NCBI GenBank assembly: GCA_045106895.1
Contig: JBGCFM010000020.1
Span: forward strand, 1-45,544
Source: Polyangiales bacterium
GTDB lineage: Bacteria > Myxococcota_A > Polyangia > Polyangiales > Houyiibacteriaceae
Direction of reading: 5' to 3'
DNA length: 45,544 bases
In this document: piece by piece, positions 17,023-25,686 of the stretch
Layout of the letters: each line of letters starts with the position of its first letter
Numbering within the stretch: position 1 is the stretch's first letter
Notes under the pieces: generated by a model
What the model was told of the DNA's origin: nothing
What the model saw: the letters and a program-made list of their open reading frames with translations, nothing else
Database searches by the model: none
Position numbers and translations under genes: made by a program

Positions 17023-18003
17023 ATGCCTGAGATGAACCTAGTCCAAGCCGTCAACGACGCGCTTCGAATTGAAATGACCCGCGACGAGAACGTCGTGATC
17101 CTCGGTGAAGACGTCGGCAAAGTCGGCGGTGTTTTCCGTGTCACGCAGGGCCTCTTTGACGAGTTCGGCGAGGACCGTGTCATCGACACGCCCCTCGCGG
17201 AGGGCGGCATCATCGGCGCCGCCATCGGTATGGCGCTCTATGGTCTGCGTCCGGTTCCGGAGATTCAGTTCAGCGACTTCATCTTCCCGGCCTTCGACCA
17301 GATCGTCAGCGAAGCGGCGAAGTTCCGTTACCGCAGCGGCGGTGAATACCCCGTTCCGATGGTGATTCGAACGCCTGTGGGTGGTGGTATTCGTGGTGGC
17401 CACTACCACTCGCAGTCCCCGGAGTCGCTCTTCATCCACACCGCTGGTCTCAAGGTCGTTTGCCCGAGCAACCCTTACGATGCGAAGGGGCTTTTGCTCA
17501 GCGCCATCCGCGATGACGACCCGGTCATGTTCTTCGAGCCGAAGCGTGTCTACCGCGCTGTGAAGATGGAGGTGCCCGAAGACGAGTACACCATCGACAT
17601 CGGCAAGGCGAAGGTCGTCCGCGAAGGAACCGACGTCACCATCATCGCTTGGGGCGCCATGCTCTTCGAAGCGCTCGCGAGCGCCGACGAAGTCGCGAAG
17701 GACGGCATCAACGCCGAGGTCATCGACCTGCGTACGCTCTGGCCCGTCGACATCGACACCATCATCGAGTCCGTGAAGAAGACCGGACGCGTCTGCATCG
17801 TGCACGAAGCACCCAAGACCTGCGGCTTCGGCGCGGAGCTTCTCTCCCTCATCACGGAGAAGGCCTTCGTTCACCTCGAGGCGCCACCGATTCGCGTCGC
17901 AGGTTGGGACACCCCTTTCCCATACACCCTTGAAAACGAGTACCTGCCTCTGCAGCACCGCATCACGCCGGCGCTTCGTCAGACCGCCAAGTACATCCCC
18001 TGA
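17023..18003 (+). CDS. bkdA2: 2-oxoacid dehydrogenase E1 beta subunit
   Basis: GEDVGKVGGVFRVT, DTPLAE, EIQFSDF, GGHYHSQSPE and IDLRTLWP. Confidence 0.92.
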   Translation: MPEMNLVQAVNDALRIEMTRDENVVILGEDVGKVGGVFRVTQGLFDEFGEDRVIDTPLAEGGIIGAAIGMALYGLRPVPEIQFSDFIFPAFDQIVSEAAKFRYRSGGEYPVPMVIRTPVGGGIRGGHYHSQSPESLFIHTAGLKVVCPSNPYDAKGLLLSAIRDDDPVMFFEPKRVYRAVKMEVPEDEYTIDIGKAKVVREGTDVTIIAWGAMLFEALASADEVAKDGINAEVIDLRTLWPVDIDTIIESVKKTGRVCIVHEAPKTCGFGAELLSLITEKAFVHLEAPPIRVAGWDTPFPYTLENEYLPLQHRITPALRQTAKYIP

Positions 18004-18053
18004 ATCCCACTTTGGAACGTTCGCGTTTCGAAATCGTAGAAGAGCGAAGACTT

Positions 18054-19457
18054 ATGGCGAATTACGAGTTCAGACTTCCCGACATTGGTGAAGGCGTAGC
18101 CGAAGGCGAGATCGTCGAATGGCTCGTCAATGAAGGCGACATCGTCGCTGAAGACGACCCAATGGTGGAGGTGATGACGGACAAAGCGACGGTGACCATC
18201 GGCGCTCCACGTGCCGGCACCATCGCCGACGTTCGTTTTGGCGTCGGGCAGACCGCCCAGGTCGGCGACGTCATCGTCGCCATCGCCGAAGACGGCGCGA
18301 GCGCCGATGCTCCTGCTACAGCGGCTCCCGCTGCGGCGCCTGCGTCAACCGGAAGCAAGCCCGCGGACTCCTCTGAGGGTCCCGCCGCGACCGCCGTTGG
18401 CGACATCCGTGAGGGTCTGCCTGGTACGTCCTACTTCAAGGGTGGCGAGAGCAGCGAGGCCAACAAGCCGGCACCCGCGAAAGCAGCCGCCGCCCCGGCG
18501 AGCGCTTACTTCTCCGAGAAGCCTCTTGCGACGCCGGCGACGAGAAAGCTCGCACGCGACCTTGGTCACGACCTTCGCAGCATTCCGCCAAGCGGACCCG
18601 GCGGTCGAACCACTCGAGACGACGTGAAGTCCTTTGGCGGGGCTCCAGCCGTCGCGGCGAGCGCACCTGCTCCAAGCGCGCCTTCTTCAACGCCAAGCGC
18701 CGCGCCCACATCCGTGGCTGCACGACAGGCGCCGGCTGCATCTCATGAAGGTCCGCTGGAAGAGCGAAAGCCCTTCGTTGGTATTCGCCGCAAGATCGCC
18801 CAGCGAATGCAGAACACCAAGAACACCGCCGCGCACTTCACGTTCGTGGAAGAGTGTGATGTCACGGAGCTCATCGCGCTTCGTCAGCGACTACGGCCCG
18901 CGGCGGCAGAAGCGGGCATCAAGCTCAGTTTCTTGCCCTTCATCGTGAAGGCTGTTGTGGCGTCCTTGAAGAAGCACCCTGTGCTCAACACGGCGCTCGA
19001 CGAGACCACCAACGAGCTCGTCTACCGCAAGTACTACGACATCGGAATCGCCGCGGCGACGCCGAATGGTCTGATGGTCCCTGTACTCCAGGGCGCGGAC
19101 CGGCTTTCCATCCTCGACGTCGCTCGAGAGATCGACCGACTCGGAAATGGTGCTCGCGAGGGGACGCTCAGCACGAGCGAGCTCAGCGGCTCGACGTTCA
19201 CCATTACGAGCCTTGGCAAGCAGGGCGGACTCTTCGCCACGCCGATCCTCAACCACCCCGAGGTGGGCATTCTTGGCGTCCACCAGATGAAGCGAAAGCC
19301 CGTCGTTCGTGGTGACGAGATCGTCATCGGCGACGTGATGCTTCTAAGCCTCAGCTTCGACCATCGCATCGTCGACGGTCACGTGGGCGCTGCCTTCGCG
19401 TACGATATTATCTCGTACCTTGAGAACCCCGATAAGCTCTTCCTCGAGATGGCTTAG
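18054..19457 (+). CDS. bkdB: Dihydrolipoamide acyltransferase (E2) of the 2-oxoacid dehydrogenase complex
   Basis: Lipoyl domain LPDIGEG...VMTDKAT, E3-binding ATPATRKLAR...GPGGR, and catalytic SFDHRIVDG. Confidence 0.92.
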   Translation: MANYEFRLPDIGEGVAEGEIVEWLVNEGDIVAEDDPMVEVMTDKATVTIGAPRAGTIADVRFGVGQTAQVGDVIVAIAEDGASADAPATAAPAAAPASTGSKPADSSEGPAATAVGDIREGLPGTSYFKGGESSEANKPAPAKAAAAPASAYFSEKPLATPATRKLARDLGHDLRSIPPSGPGGRTTRDDVKSFGGAPAVAASAPAPSAPSSTPSAAPTSVAARQAPAASHEGPLEERKPFVGIRRKIAQRMQNTKNTAAHFTFVEECDVTELIALRQRLRPAAAEAGIKLSFLPFIVKAVVASLKKHPVLNTALDETTNELVYRKYYDIGIAAATPNGLMVPVLQGADRLSILDVAREIDRLGNGAREGTLSTSELSGSTFTITSLGKQGGLFATPILNHPEVGILGVHQMKRKPVVRGDEIVIGDVMLLSLSFDHRIVDGHVGAAFAYDIISYLENPDKLFLEMA

Positions 19458-19482
19458 GTTTTTCTCGAGCCGGCTTAGTTCG

Positions 19483-19512
19483 AAATGGAGCTCCCTAGGG
19501 GGCTCCATTTTT
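19483..19512 (+). terminator. Intrinsic terminator of the dehydrogenase operon
   Basis: Hairpin aaatggagctccc-ta-gggggctccattt followed by a T-run, located between convergent genes. Confidence 0.75.
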
Positions 19513-19526
19513 GGTTCTGCGTGCGG

Positions 19527-20465
19527 CTAGCGGAGCTCCCACTCGTCCACGCTGACGGCGACGCCGCGTGTCTCGTCATCCTCATTGACGGAGAAGAGCG
19601 AGTAGTCGCCGGGCGGAAGGTCTAAATACATCGGAGCCGGGGAGAGCCCGTCGCCGCTTCCGCCCCAGCGGTGAAGCGGTGTCACCGAGCCTCCGCCGAT
19701 GAGCACGTCGACGTCCGCCTCCGCGAGGATCAGCGTCGTGGTGAGGCCAGCGATGCCGTGGGCGACGTACCGATGTCCGGGTCGCACTGTGAAGCGGCTC
19801 TCGACGTAATTACGACTCGGGATGGTATCGAGGACCTCAGCGACGTTGCCCAAGACCGCGGCGTAGCTCTCCGCAGGGCGCGGCGGCGTCGCGAGTTGGG
19901 CGGTGAAGTGGTCTTGTGGCGCGTCCGGCGTCGTGGCGCCGTAGTACTCCACGTAGAGCTCGTACTCGCCGCTCGCGACGGTGCCAAAGGCGCGGTAGAC
20001 GGGGTCACCGAAGCCGAGCTCGATGGGCCCTTCTCCGCGCTGGCGGAGTACGATCTCGCCCGGGAACTCGCGCACGACCCGCAGCTCCAAGACGTCAAGC
20101 TGTGCTTCGAGGGTGACTGGCTGCGTCAGGGCTACGCCGCGAATCCACTCCTCGGCGGAGAACTCCGTGAGGACTTCAAAGTAGATCGTGTCGTCGATGG
20201 GGGGGCCCGCGTCGAAGACATCTGGGGCGACGTCGGCGAGCGACGCGTCCGACACGCCGGCGTCGGCCATGGCGTCGTTGGGCTCTGCGTCGACGAGTGC
20301 TGCGTCAAGGAGCGCCGCGTCACTCTCTGCGCCGCTATCCCGTGAAGCATCGCCCTCCGCGCCAACGTCTTCGAGAGCCCCACCGTCAGGTGTGGCGGCG
20401 TCGAGGGGCGTGGTGTCGTCGCCGCAGGCGATGCACAAGAGCAGGGCGAGGAGCGTTCGTTTCAT
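19527..20465 (-). CDS. Hypothetical lipoprotein with an acidic DA-repeat linker
   Basis: MKRTLLALLLCIAC lipobox, a DAA/DGG/DAS/DSG/DAG linker, and a globular beta-rich C-terminus. Confidence 0.75.
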   Translation of the reverse strand: MKRTLLALLLCIACGDDTTPLDAATPDGGALEDVGAEGDASRDSGAESDAALLDAALVDAEPNDAMADAGVSDASLADVAPDVFDAGPPIDDTIYFEVLTEFSAEEWIRGVALTQPVTLEAQLDVLELRVVREFPGEIVLRQRGEGPIELGFGDPVYRAFGTVASGEYELYVEYYGATTPDAPQDHFTAQLATPPRPAESYAAVLGNVAEVLDTIPSRNYVESRFTVRPGHRYVAHGIAGLTTTLILAEADVDVLIGGGSVTPLHRWGGSGDGLSPAPMYLDLPPGDYSLFSVNEDDETRGVAVSVDEWELR

Positions 20466-20550
20466 GTGAAGTGCAGACTAGGGGACGACGCGCTTATTCA
20501 CCAAGCCGGCAAGCAATTTCGCCTAGGTTGAACTCTGTCCCCCAGGTGCG

Positions 20551-21003
20551 TTAGTGGACCGCCTGCCCCGTCATCAGGTCGCTAAGCTGCCCCTCGCGTT
20601 CGAAGGCGACCTCGCGCCGGCCGCGGTAGACGAGGGTCATCGTTCCGCTGATCCGATAGCTCGCGTTGCCGGCACCTAGCTCTTGGACGACGGACACCGC
20701 GGTGAGCGCCGGGATGTGAATCGTGGTGTTCAAGGGAGTGTCGTCCATCGCTGCCAGCGGGACATCGAAGTTCGTGTGTCCATGCATAGGCCGCGAGTTC
20801 CCGATTCGAATCTCGTAGTCTACTTCTTCGAAAGGCAGCGGGTCGGAGTTCGGGTTGTAGGCGGAGAGCTGGACGTCGAGGGTCGCTCCGAGGAGGCTGG
20901 CATCTGCGATCTGAATCGACTCGACGCTCAGCACAGGGTCCGCCCAATTCGGCGCGCACCCGAGAAGGAGCGCTGGCAAGAGCAGGACGGCGCGGGTCGA
21001 CAT
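20551..21003 (-). CDS. LEA type 2 / WHy domain lipoprotein
   Basis: LLLGC lipobox, YNPN motif (YNPNSDPLPFEEVDYEI) and YRISG. Confidence 0.85.
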   Translation of the reverse strand: MSTRAVLLLPALLLGCAPNWADPVLSVESIQIADASLLGATLDVQLSAYNPNSDPLPFEEVDYEIRIGNSRPMHGHTNFDVPLAAMDDTPLNTTIHIPALTAVSVVQELGAGNASYRISGTMTLVYRGRREVAFEREGQLSDLMTGQAVH

Positions 21004-21064
21004 GGATGAAGGCTAGAAGCCATTCGGCCGGGGCGCTAGCTAGGCGTCCGTGCTAGCGAGCAAG

Positions 21065-22054
21065 ATGCGCTTGCTCATTCTTCTCCTCACCATGGCTTGC
21101 GGATCGTCCACTCCAGCCGCACCCACCGAGCCCACGACCACCGCGCCCCCGGAGGCACCGATCGCCGCCAGCGAGGAGAACACGTGCCAACCCGATCTCG
21201 GCGAACTCCAAGAGTGGCAACACTCGACACGCGCGCGCCTCACGCTTCGAATGGGCTCGGCGCATCACAGTACTCAAGGGCCCGTGGTCATCGAGGGGTC
21301 GCCGGTCGTGCTCACGGGCAAGTTTGCGTACGGGAACGTGAGCAAGGACCTCGAGGGAGAGAAGGTCCAGGTCTTCATTCGCGAGGGGGAGTGCGCGTGG
21401 ACGCGTTCGGTGGAAGGTGAAACCGACAGCGATGGCCGCCTTCGACTTGAGCTTCCTGCGATGCCCGTGGGCCTCTACGATTACCTGCTGGTTGTCGCCG
21501 GCGACCACTCCATGACGCGCGGCGTAGTGGCGGTTCTTTCCCCGGAAGCGCCGGTCGTTGTTTTCGACATCGACGGGACGCTGACCGTGAGCGATGGGGA
21601 GGTCTTCCAGGAGGCACTTCTTGGCAGCACGCCGGAGATCTTCGAAGGCGCCGGCGAAGTGGTCCGGCATTACGCGAGCGCTGGAGTTCAGCCGCTCTAC
21701 ATCACCGGTCGCACCTATCATTTTCAGGGCCCGACGATCGAGTGGCTCGACGGACAAGGTCTCGCCCATGGGCCGCTCCACACAACGGACTCGGTACGCG
21801 ACGCGTTTCCTGGTTCCAACGTGGAGGAGTACAAGCAGGCGTTTCTCGAACACATCCGTGGCCTGGGGCTGCGCATCGTCGCGGCCTATGGAAACGCGAG
21901 CAGCGACGTCTGTGCGTACGCCCGCGCAGGCGTGCCGCCGGAGCAGACCTGGATCGTGGGCGAAAACGGAGGCACCGCTTGTGAGGGCTCGGGCGCCACG
22001 CATGCGCTGTCGAGCTACACGGAGCACCTCGGCGAGCTTCGTGCGCCGAACTAG
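21065..22054 (+). CDS. LNS2/PITP-like HAD-family phosphatase lipoprotein
   Basis: LLTMAC lipobox, GKFAYG..SKDLEGE, HAD motif VVFDIDGTLT, LYITGR and AAYGNASSD. Confidence 0.85.
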   Translation: MRLLILLLTMACGSSTPAAPTEPTTTAPPEAPIAASEENTCQPDLGELQEWQHSTRARLTLRMGSAHHSTQGPVVIEGSPVVLTGKFAYGNVSKDLEGEKVQVFIREGECAWTRSVEGETDSDGRLRLELPAMPVGLYDYLLVVAGDHSMTRGVVAVLSPEAPVVVFDIDGTLTVSDGEVFQEALLGSTPEIFEGAGEVVRHYASAGVQPLYITGRTYHFQGPTIEWLDGQGLAHGPLHTTDSVRDAFPGSNVEEYKQAFLEHIRGLGLRIVAAYGNASSDVCAYARAGVPPEQTWIVGENGGTACEGSGATHALSSYTEHLGELRAPN

Positions 22055-22060
22055 GCGGAC

Positions 22061-23086
22061 CTAAGCGCTCGTCTCCAAGATCTTCTTGTAGCGGGCGTGA
22101 AGGTCCGGGTTCCACTCCAAGGTCGGAAGAAGGCCTTGGATGATCGCCATGGCCCACCGAACGAAGTCTTTGCGGGCTTCCAAGCATAAGAGCATGGCTT
22201 CGATCATCGCAGGATCCGCCGCACGTGCTGCGGGGTGGATGGCGTAGTGAATGGCGCTCGCTACCAGATGAAGCGTGTCGGTTTCAGGACTCACGAGAGC
22301 CTCGTGATAGGCCTCGGTGAACACCTCCGCTGACCCTGCTGTCTCAAGGTAGACCGGGAAGACATCGCGTCGCAGCATTAGTTTGATGCGAGCCGGGGCG
22401 GCGAGGGGTTTGAGAACGGCGAGTCGTTCTTTGGGCTGCAAGGCCCGTAGCAGTGAGCACGACGCGTCGCTGTACTCGTCCATGCCGAATGAGTAGGGCA
22501 AGCAGGGAGCGAACCTTGAGGCTGCCTCGAGCTTTGTGCACGCGAGGACGGCGAGCTCTTCCATGAGCCGACGGGCGGAGTCTGCGTTCTCGTCATCACG
22601 AAGGAGCTTCGCGATGTTTTCGGCATTCTCGTACGCCACTTCAAGCTCTGGACTCAGGTCGAGCCCGTCATCGGGAAGCACCGAGCGAACAAAGAGCACG
22701 ATTGGCGACCGCGCGTGCATGATTTGGACCTGCTCTTCCACTCTTGCGTGGAAGCGAAGCCAGCTAGCTTGGTCGCCAAAGCTCGCCATCGCGCGAGTGG
22801 CCATCCTGAGGGCGGGACCCGAGAGTCCCTCGCGCTGAGCCGAGCTGAGCTCTGGCGTTGGCCCGTCTGCGAACCTGTCACGGACAACGGTGGCCACGTC
22901 GCGGCGCCGCAGGGTGAGGAGTGGGCCCTGCCAGCGGAGTCCTTTGCGAAGGTACTTGGGTAGGCCTTCGATCCGCTGCGCCTTGGCTTCGTCGTCGCCA
23001 GGTTCTTCTTCGAAGAGGATGAAGCCGAAATAGTCTTGTCCGCGAGGAACCCATCCGGCCCTCGGTAGAACTGCGAAGGAGTCCAT
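22061..23086 (-). CDS. Hypothetical protein
   Basis: Long ORF filling the space between flanking genes with a helical, protein-like composition. ATG 23086 was chosen to avoid overlapping the divergent PP2C gene. Confidence 0.6.
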   Translation of the reverse strand: MDSFAVLPRAGWVPRGQDYFGFILFEEEPGDDEAKAQRIEGLPKYLRKGLRWQGPLLTLRRRDVATVVRDRFADGPTPELSSAQREGLSGPALRMATRAMASFGDQASWLRFHARVEEQVQIMHARSPIVLFVRSVLPDDGLDLSPELEVAYENAENIAKLLRDDENADSARRLMEELAVLACTKLEAASRFAPCLPYSFGMDEYSDASCSLLRALQPKERLAVLKPLAAPARIKLMLRRDVFPVYLETAGSAEVFTEAYHEALVSPETDTLHLVASAIHYAIHPAARAADPAMIEAMLLCLEARKDFVRWAMAIIQGLLPTLEWNPDLHARYKKILETSA

Positions 23087-23125
23087 GACGCCTAGTGTAG
23101 CACCTCGTGCAGGTGCGGAATAGCT

Positions 23126-23761
23126 GTGATGCTCGCGTACGTTGAACTCGCCGTGCGCTACGTAACTCGACAAGTCGCTGCGAATGGAGTGAGCCAAGAC
23201 CGGCTGGAGGTGTTTGACGTTGATGTCGCGACGCTCATCGTGTTGGCGGATGGAGCGGGCGGCATGGCCGGCGCGGGCCTCGCCGCGGAGATGGTGGTGG
23301 ATGCGTTCCGCGATGTGTCTGTCTTCGATGCCCCGAGCATCTTGGCGTCACTCGACTCGCGCGTTGCGGCTGCTCCACGCGCCGGCGAGACGACGGCTGT
23401 GGTCATTGCAACGATGGGAGACACAATGTGGGGTGGCAGCGCAGGGGACTCGGAGGCGTGGCTACTTCATCGGCATCATCAGCACGAGGAAGTTGAGCTC
23501 ACGCGGCAGCAGCGCCGGAAACGCGTCGGTTCCGGCAGCGCGATGATTCAGCCCATCAGCGCCACAGCGGACGATGAATCGGAGTATCGCCTCCTCGTCG
23601 CGAGTGACGGGCTCTTCCGCTACGCGTCCTACGCGGACATCAAGGCACGGGTTCGTTTGCCAAACATCGATGACGCCGCGGACTCGCTTATCGAGAGTGT
23701 ACGTTTGTCCTCGGGTCGTTTTCGCGACGACGTGAGTATCTTTGTCGCGCAGTGGCCTTAG
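23126..23761 (+). CDS. PP2C/SpoIIE-family Ser/Thr protein phosphatase (catalytic domain only)
   Basis: SQDR, VLADGAGG, ETTAV, AGDSEAW, LLVASDGLF and DDVSI. The exact start is uncertain. Confidence 0.88.
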   Translation: MMLAYVELAVRYVTRQVAANGVSQDRLEVFDVDVATLIVLADGAGGMAGAGLAAEMVVDAFRDVSVFDAPSILASLDSRVAAAPRAGETTAVVIATMGDTMWGGSAGDSEAWLLHRHHQHEEVELTRQQRRKRVGSGSAMIQPISATADDESEYRLLVASDGLFRYASYADIKARVRLPNIDDAADSLIESVRLSSGRFRDDVSIFVAQWP

Positions 23762-24903
23762 CAAAGCGCGCGACCGCTCGTGCGTTAAGGTACTTTGCGC
23801 GACATGGGGAGCACCTCGACACCGACGCAGGAAGAACCTGCCGGGTGACAGTTCAGAAGAAAATTCGAAGTGCCTCTGGTCTCGTGAAGTGGAATCTCGT
23901 GAGTCTCGGGGTGCTGTTCGTCCTATTGCTCACGCCGAAGTACGACACGCCGGCTTGGCTGTCGACGTTGAGTCTCGCCCTTCCTCTGGGCATCGCGAGC
24001 CTCTTGGGTTTCGTTTTCCGAAAAGAACTGTCCGCGCTGAAGCGTCGAGTACGACACCTCACGACACAGCAAAAGCGACTCGAACAAGTGCCTACGGAAG
24101 ACTCCCGTGGGGCCTTCGGGGTCGTCTCTTTGGATGACGGTGAAGAGTTCGCCGCTCGCGTGGAGATCGAGCTTGAGCGGCCACGAAGCCGGAGCTCCCT
24201 TGTGCGCACAGAGAAAGGTCGCGAACGCTATGCGCGACCGTTCACACTTGTTCACCCCAGCGGCGAACGCATTCGCGTGAACCCCGACGCGTTGGCGCCG
24301 TCCAAAATTGATGCGCCCCCGGGTCCCCTCGTGGAAGCCTCGGGCCGGCTGTTTCGCGTCGCCGAGATTGTTGAGGGGGATGTCGTGACGGTGCTTGGAG
24401 CACTGACTCAGGAACACACGCGTGGGCCAGGGTATCGAGGTGGCAACTCCGTCGAGTGGGTGCTGCGCCCAAGGGCTACCGCGCTTTCATTTTACCAAGA
24501 TCCGCAGGGCGCGATCGAAGCGAGAAGTGCACGAGCCACACGTGCCGCCCTTGCTGCGAGCTTCCTACCCGGCTTGCTCGCGGCCATCGCCGTCGTCAGC
24601 GTCGCCTTCATGGACATGATGGCGGGGCTGCCTCATCGCGTGTTGCTTTCTGCTTTCGCCGCGACGGTGGTCGCCTTTACCAGCGCGGTGCCTGTTCGTC
24701 TCGCGCTCAACATGCGTCTCCGGTTCGTCGACTACCCCATCGCTGCTGCAGCGACGAAGTCGCTCACGCGGCTCCGAACACTCTCGCTGGCCCAGGCCGA
24801 GCAGGTGAGCGCGGCGACTCCTCGTGCACGCGCCATTCAGGAAGGGCCCGAAGAAGACGCTGTCGAAAGCCAAGGCGACGCCGTGCACCTTGAGCATTCG
24901 TAG
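23752..24903 (+). CDS. Hypothetical membrane protein
   Basis: Two N-terminal and two C-terminal hydrophobic helices around a beta-rich domain (PFTLVHPSGERIRV...EGDVVTVLG...GPGYRG). The start is uncertain. Confidence 0.65.
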   Translation: MALAKRATARALRYFARHGEHLDTDAGRTCRVTVQKKIRSASGLVKWNLVSLGVLFVLLLTPKYDTPAWLSTLSLALPLGIASLLGFVFRKELSALKRRVRHLTTQQKRLEQVPTEDSRGAFGVVSLDDGEEFAARVEIELERPRSRSSLVRTEKGRERYARPFTLVHPSGERIRVNPDALAPSKIDAPPGPLVEASGRLFRVAEIVEGDVVTVLGALTQEHTRGPGYRGGNSVEWVLRPRATALSFYQDPQGAIEARSARATRAALAASFLPGLLAAIAVVSVAFMDMMAGLPHRVLLSAFAATVVAFTSAVPVRLALNMRLRFVDYPIAAAATKSLTRLRTLSLAQAEQVSAATPRARAIQEGPEEDAVESQGDAVHLEHS

Positions 24904-24927
24904 AACACGCCGTGTTAGGCTGAGCTC

Positions 24928-25590
24928 ATGCGCTCGCTCGTTCTCCTCGGTCTGATCGCTCTCGTCGGTGCTTGTGGAGATGTCGTTGTCACGGAGCGAA
25001 ACGACGCGGGCCGGAGCGACGCGGGCGCTATCGACGGAGCGAGTGCGAGGGATGCGGCATCGCCGGATGCAACGTCCGCGGATGCGGGAATACGCTTGGA
25101 TGCAGCTTTGGATGCAGCGGACGAACCGGACGTACCGGTATCGCCTGATGCTGGACCCATGGGACCTGTGGACGAGATCGACCTGGGCACTCTCATATGG
25201 CTCTACCCAGACATCTCGGATTGGGAAATTACGAGTGAGCTCAGCGTGAGCTTTTCCGGCACCAACGTTTGCCTCGAATACGACAAGAAGGACGTGTGGC
25301 CCGTGGTGCAGATTTTCGAGACGACGGATGTCGTCGCGAACGCTTGGGTCTTCGCGGAGACGCGCGGCCAGTGGTATGCAGCGACCTTCGAGTGGATGCG
25401 TCCGGGACAAACCTGCAAGGCGCAGGCGGCGGTGGAAGGCGGGCACATCAAGCGCAACCCATTCGAAGCGGATGGGTGGACGCCTGAGTCTGGAGAAGAG
25501 CTTTACTTTATGGTGAGTGGGCTGATTCGAAACCCCACCTACAGCAACGTGATGGAGCGGACGAATATCGTTCGCGCGACTTGGCCTTAG
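24928..25590 (+). CDS. Hypothetical lipoprotein with a DA-repeat linker and a Trp-rich C-terminal domain
   Basis: ALVGAC lipobox, repeated DAG/DAA/DAT, and a conserved-looking WYAATFEWMRPGQTCK...ERTNIV. Confidence 0.8.
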   Translation: MRSLVLLGLIALVGACGDVVVTERNDAGRSDAGAIDGASARDAASPDATSADAGIRLDAALDAADEPDVPVSPDAGPMGPVDEIDLGTLIWLYPDISDWEITSELSVSFSGTNVCLEYDKKDVWPVVQIFETTDVVANAWVFAETRGQWYAATFEWMRPGQTCKAQAAVEGGHIKRNPFEADGWTPESGEELYFMVSGLIRNPTYSNVMERTNIVRATWP

Positions 25591-25686
25591 CCGCGCACCA
25601 ACTAGGCGATATGGGCCTCGTAACACCCATTTGTGGCAGGCCTGCGGCGGGTGCGATCCAGTCGAGCATCCTCTACGCTTCCGTTC

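Noticed and set aside
15879..19457. Missing E3 (lpdA) in the dehydrogenase operon
   Set aside because: E3 is commonly shared and encoded elsewhere, so this is not unusual.
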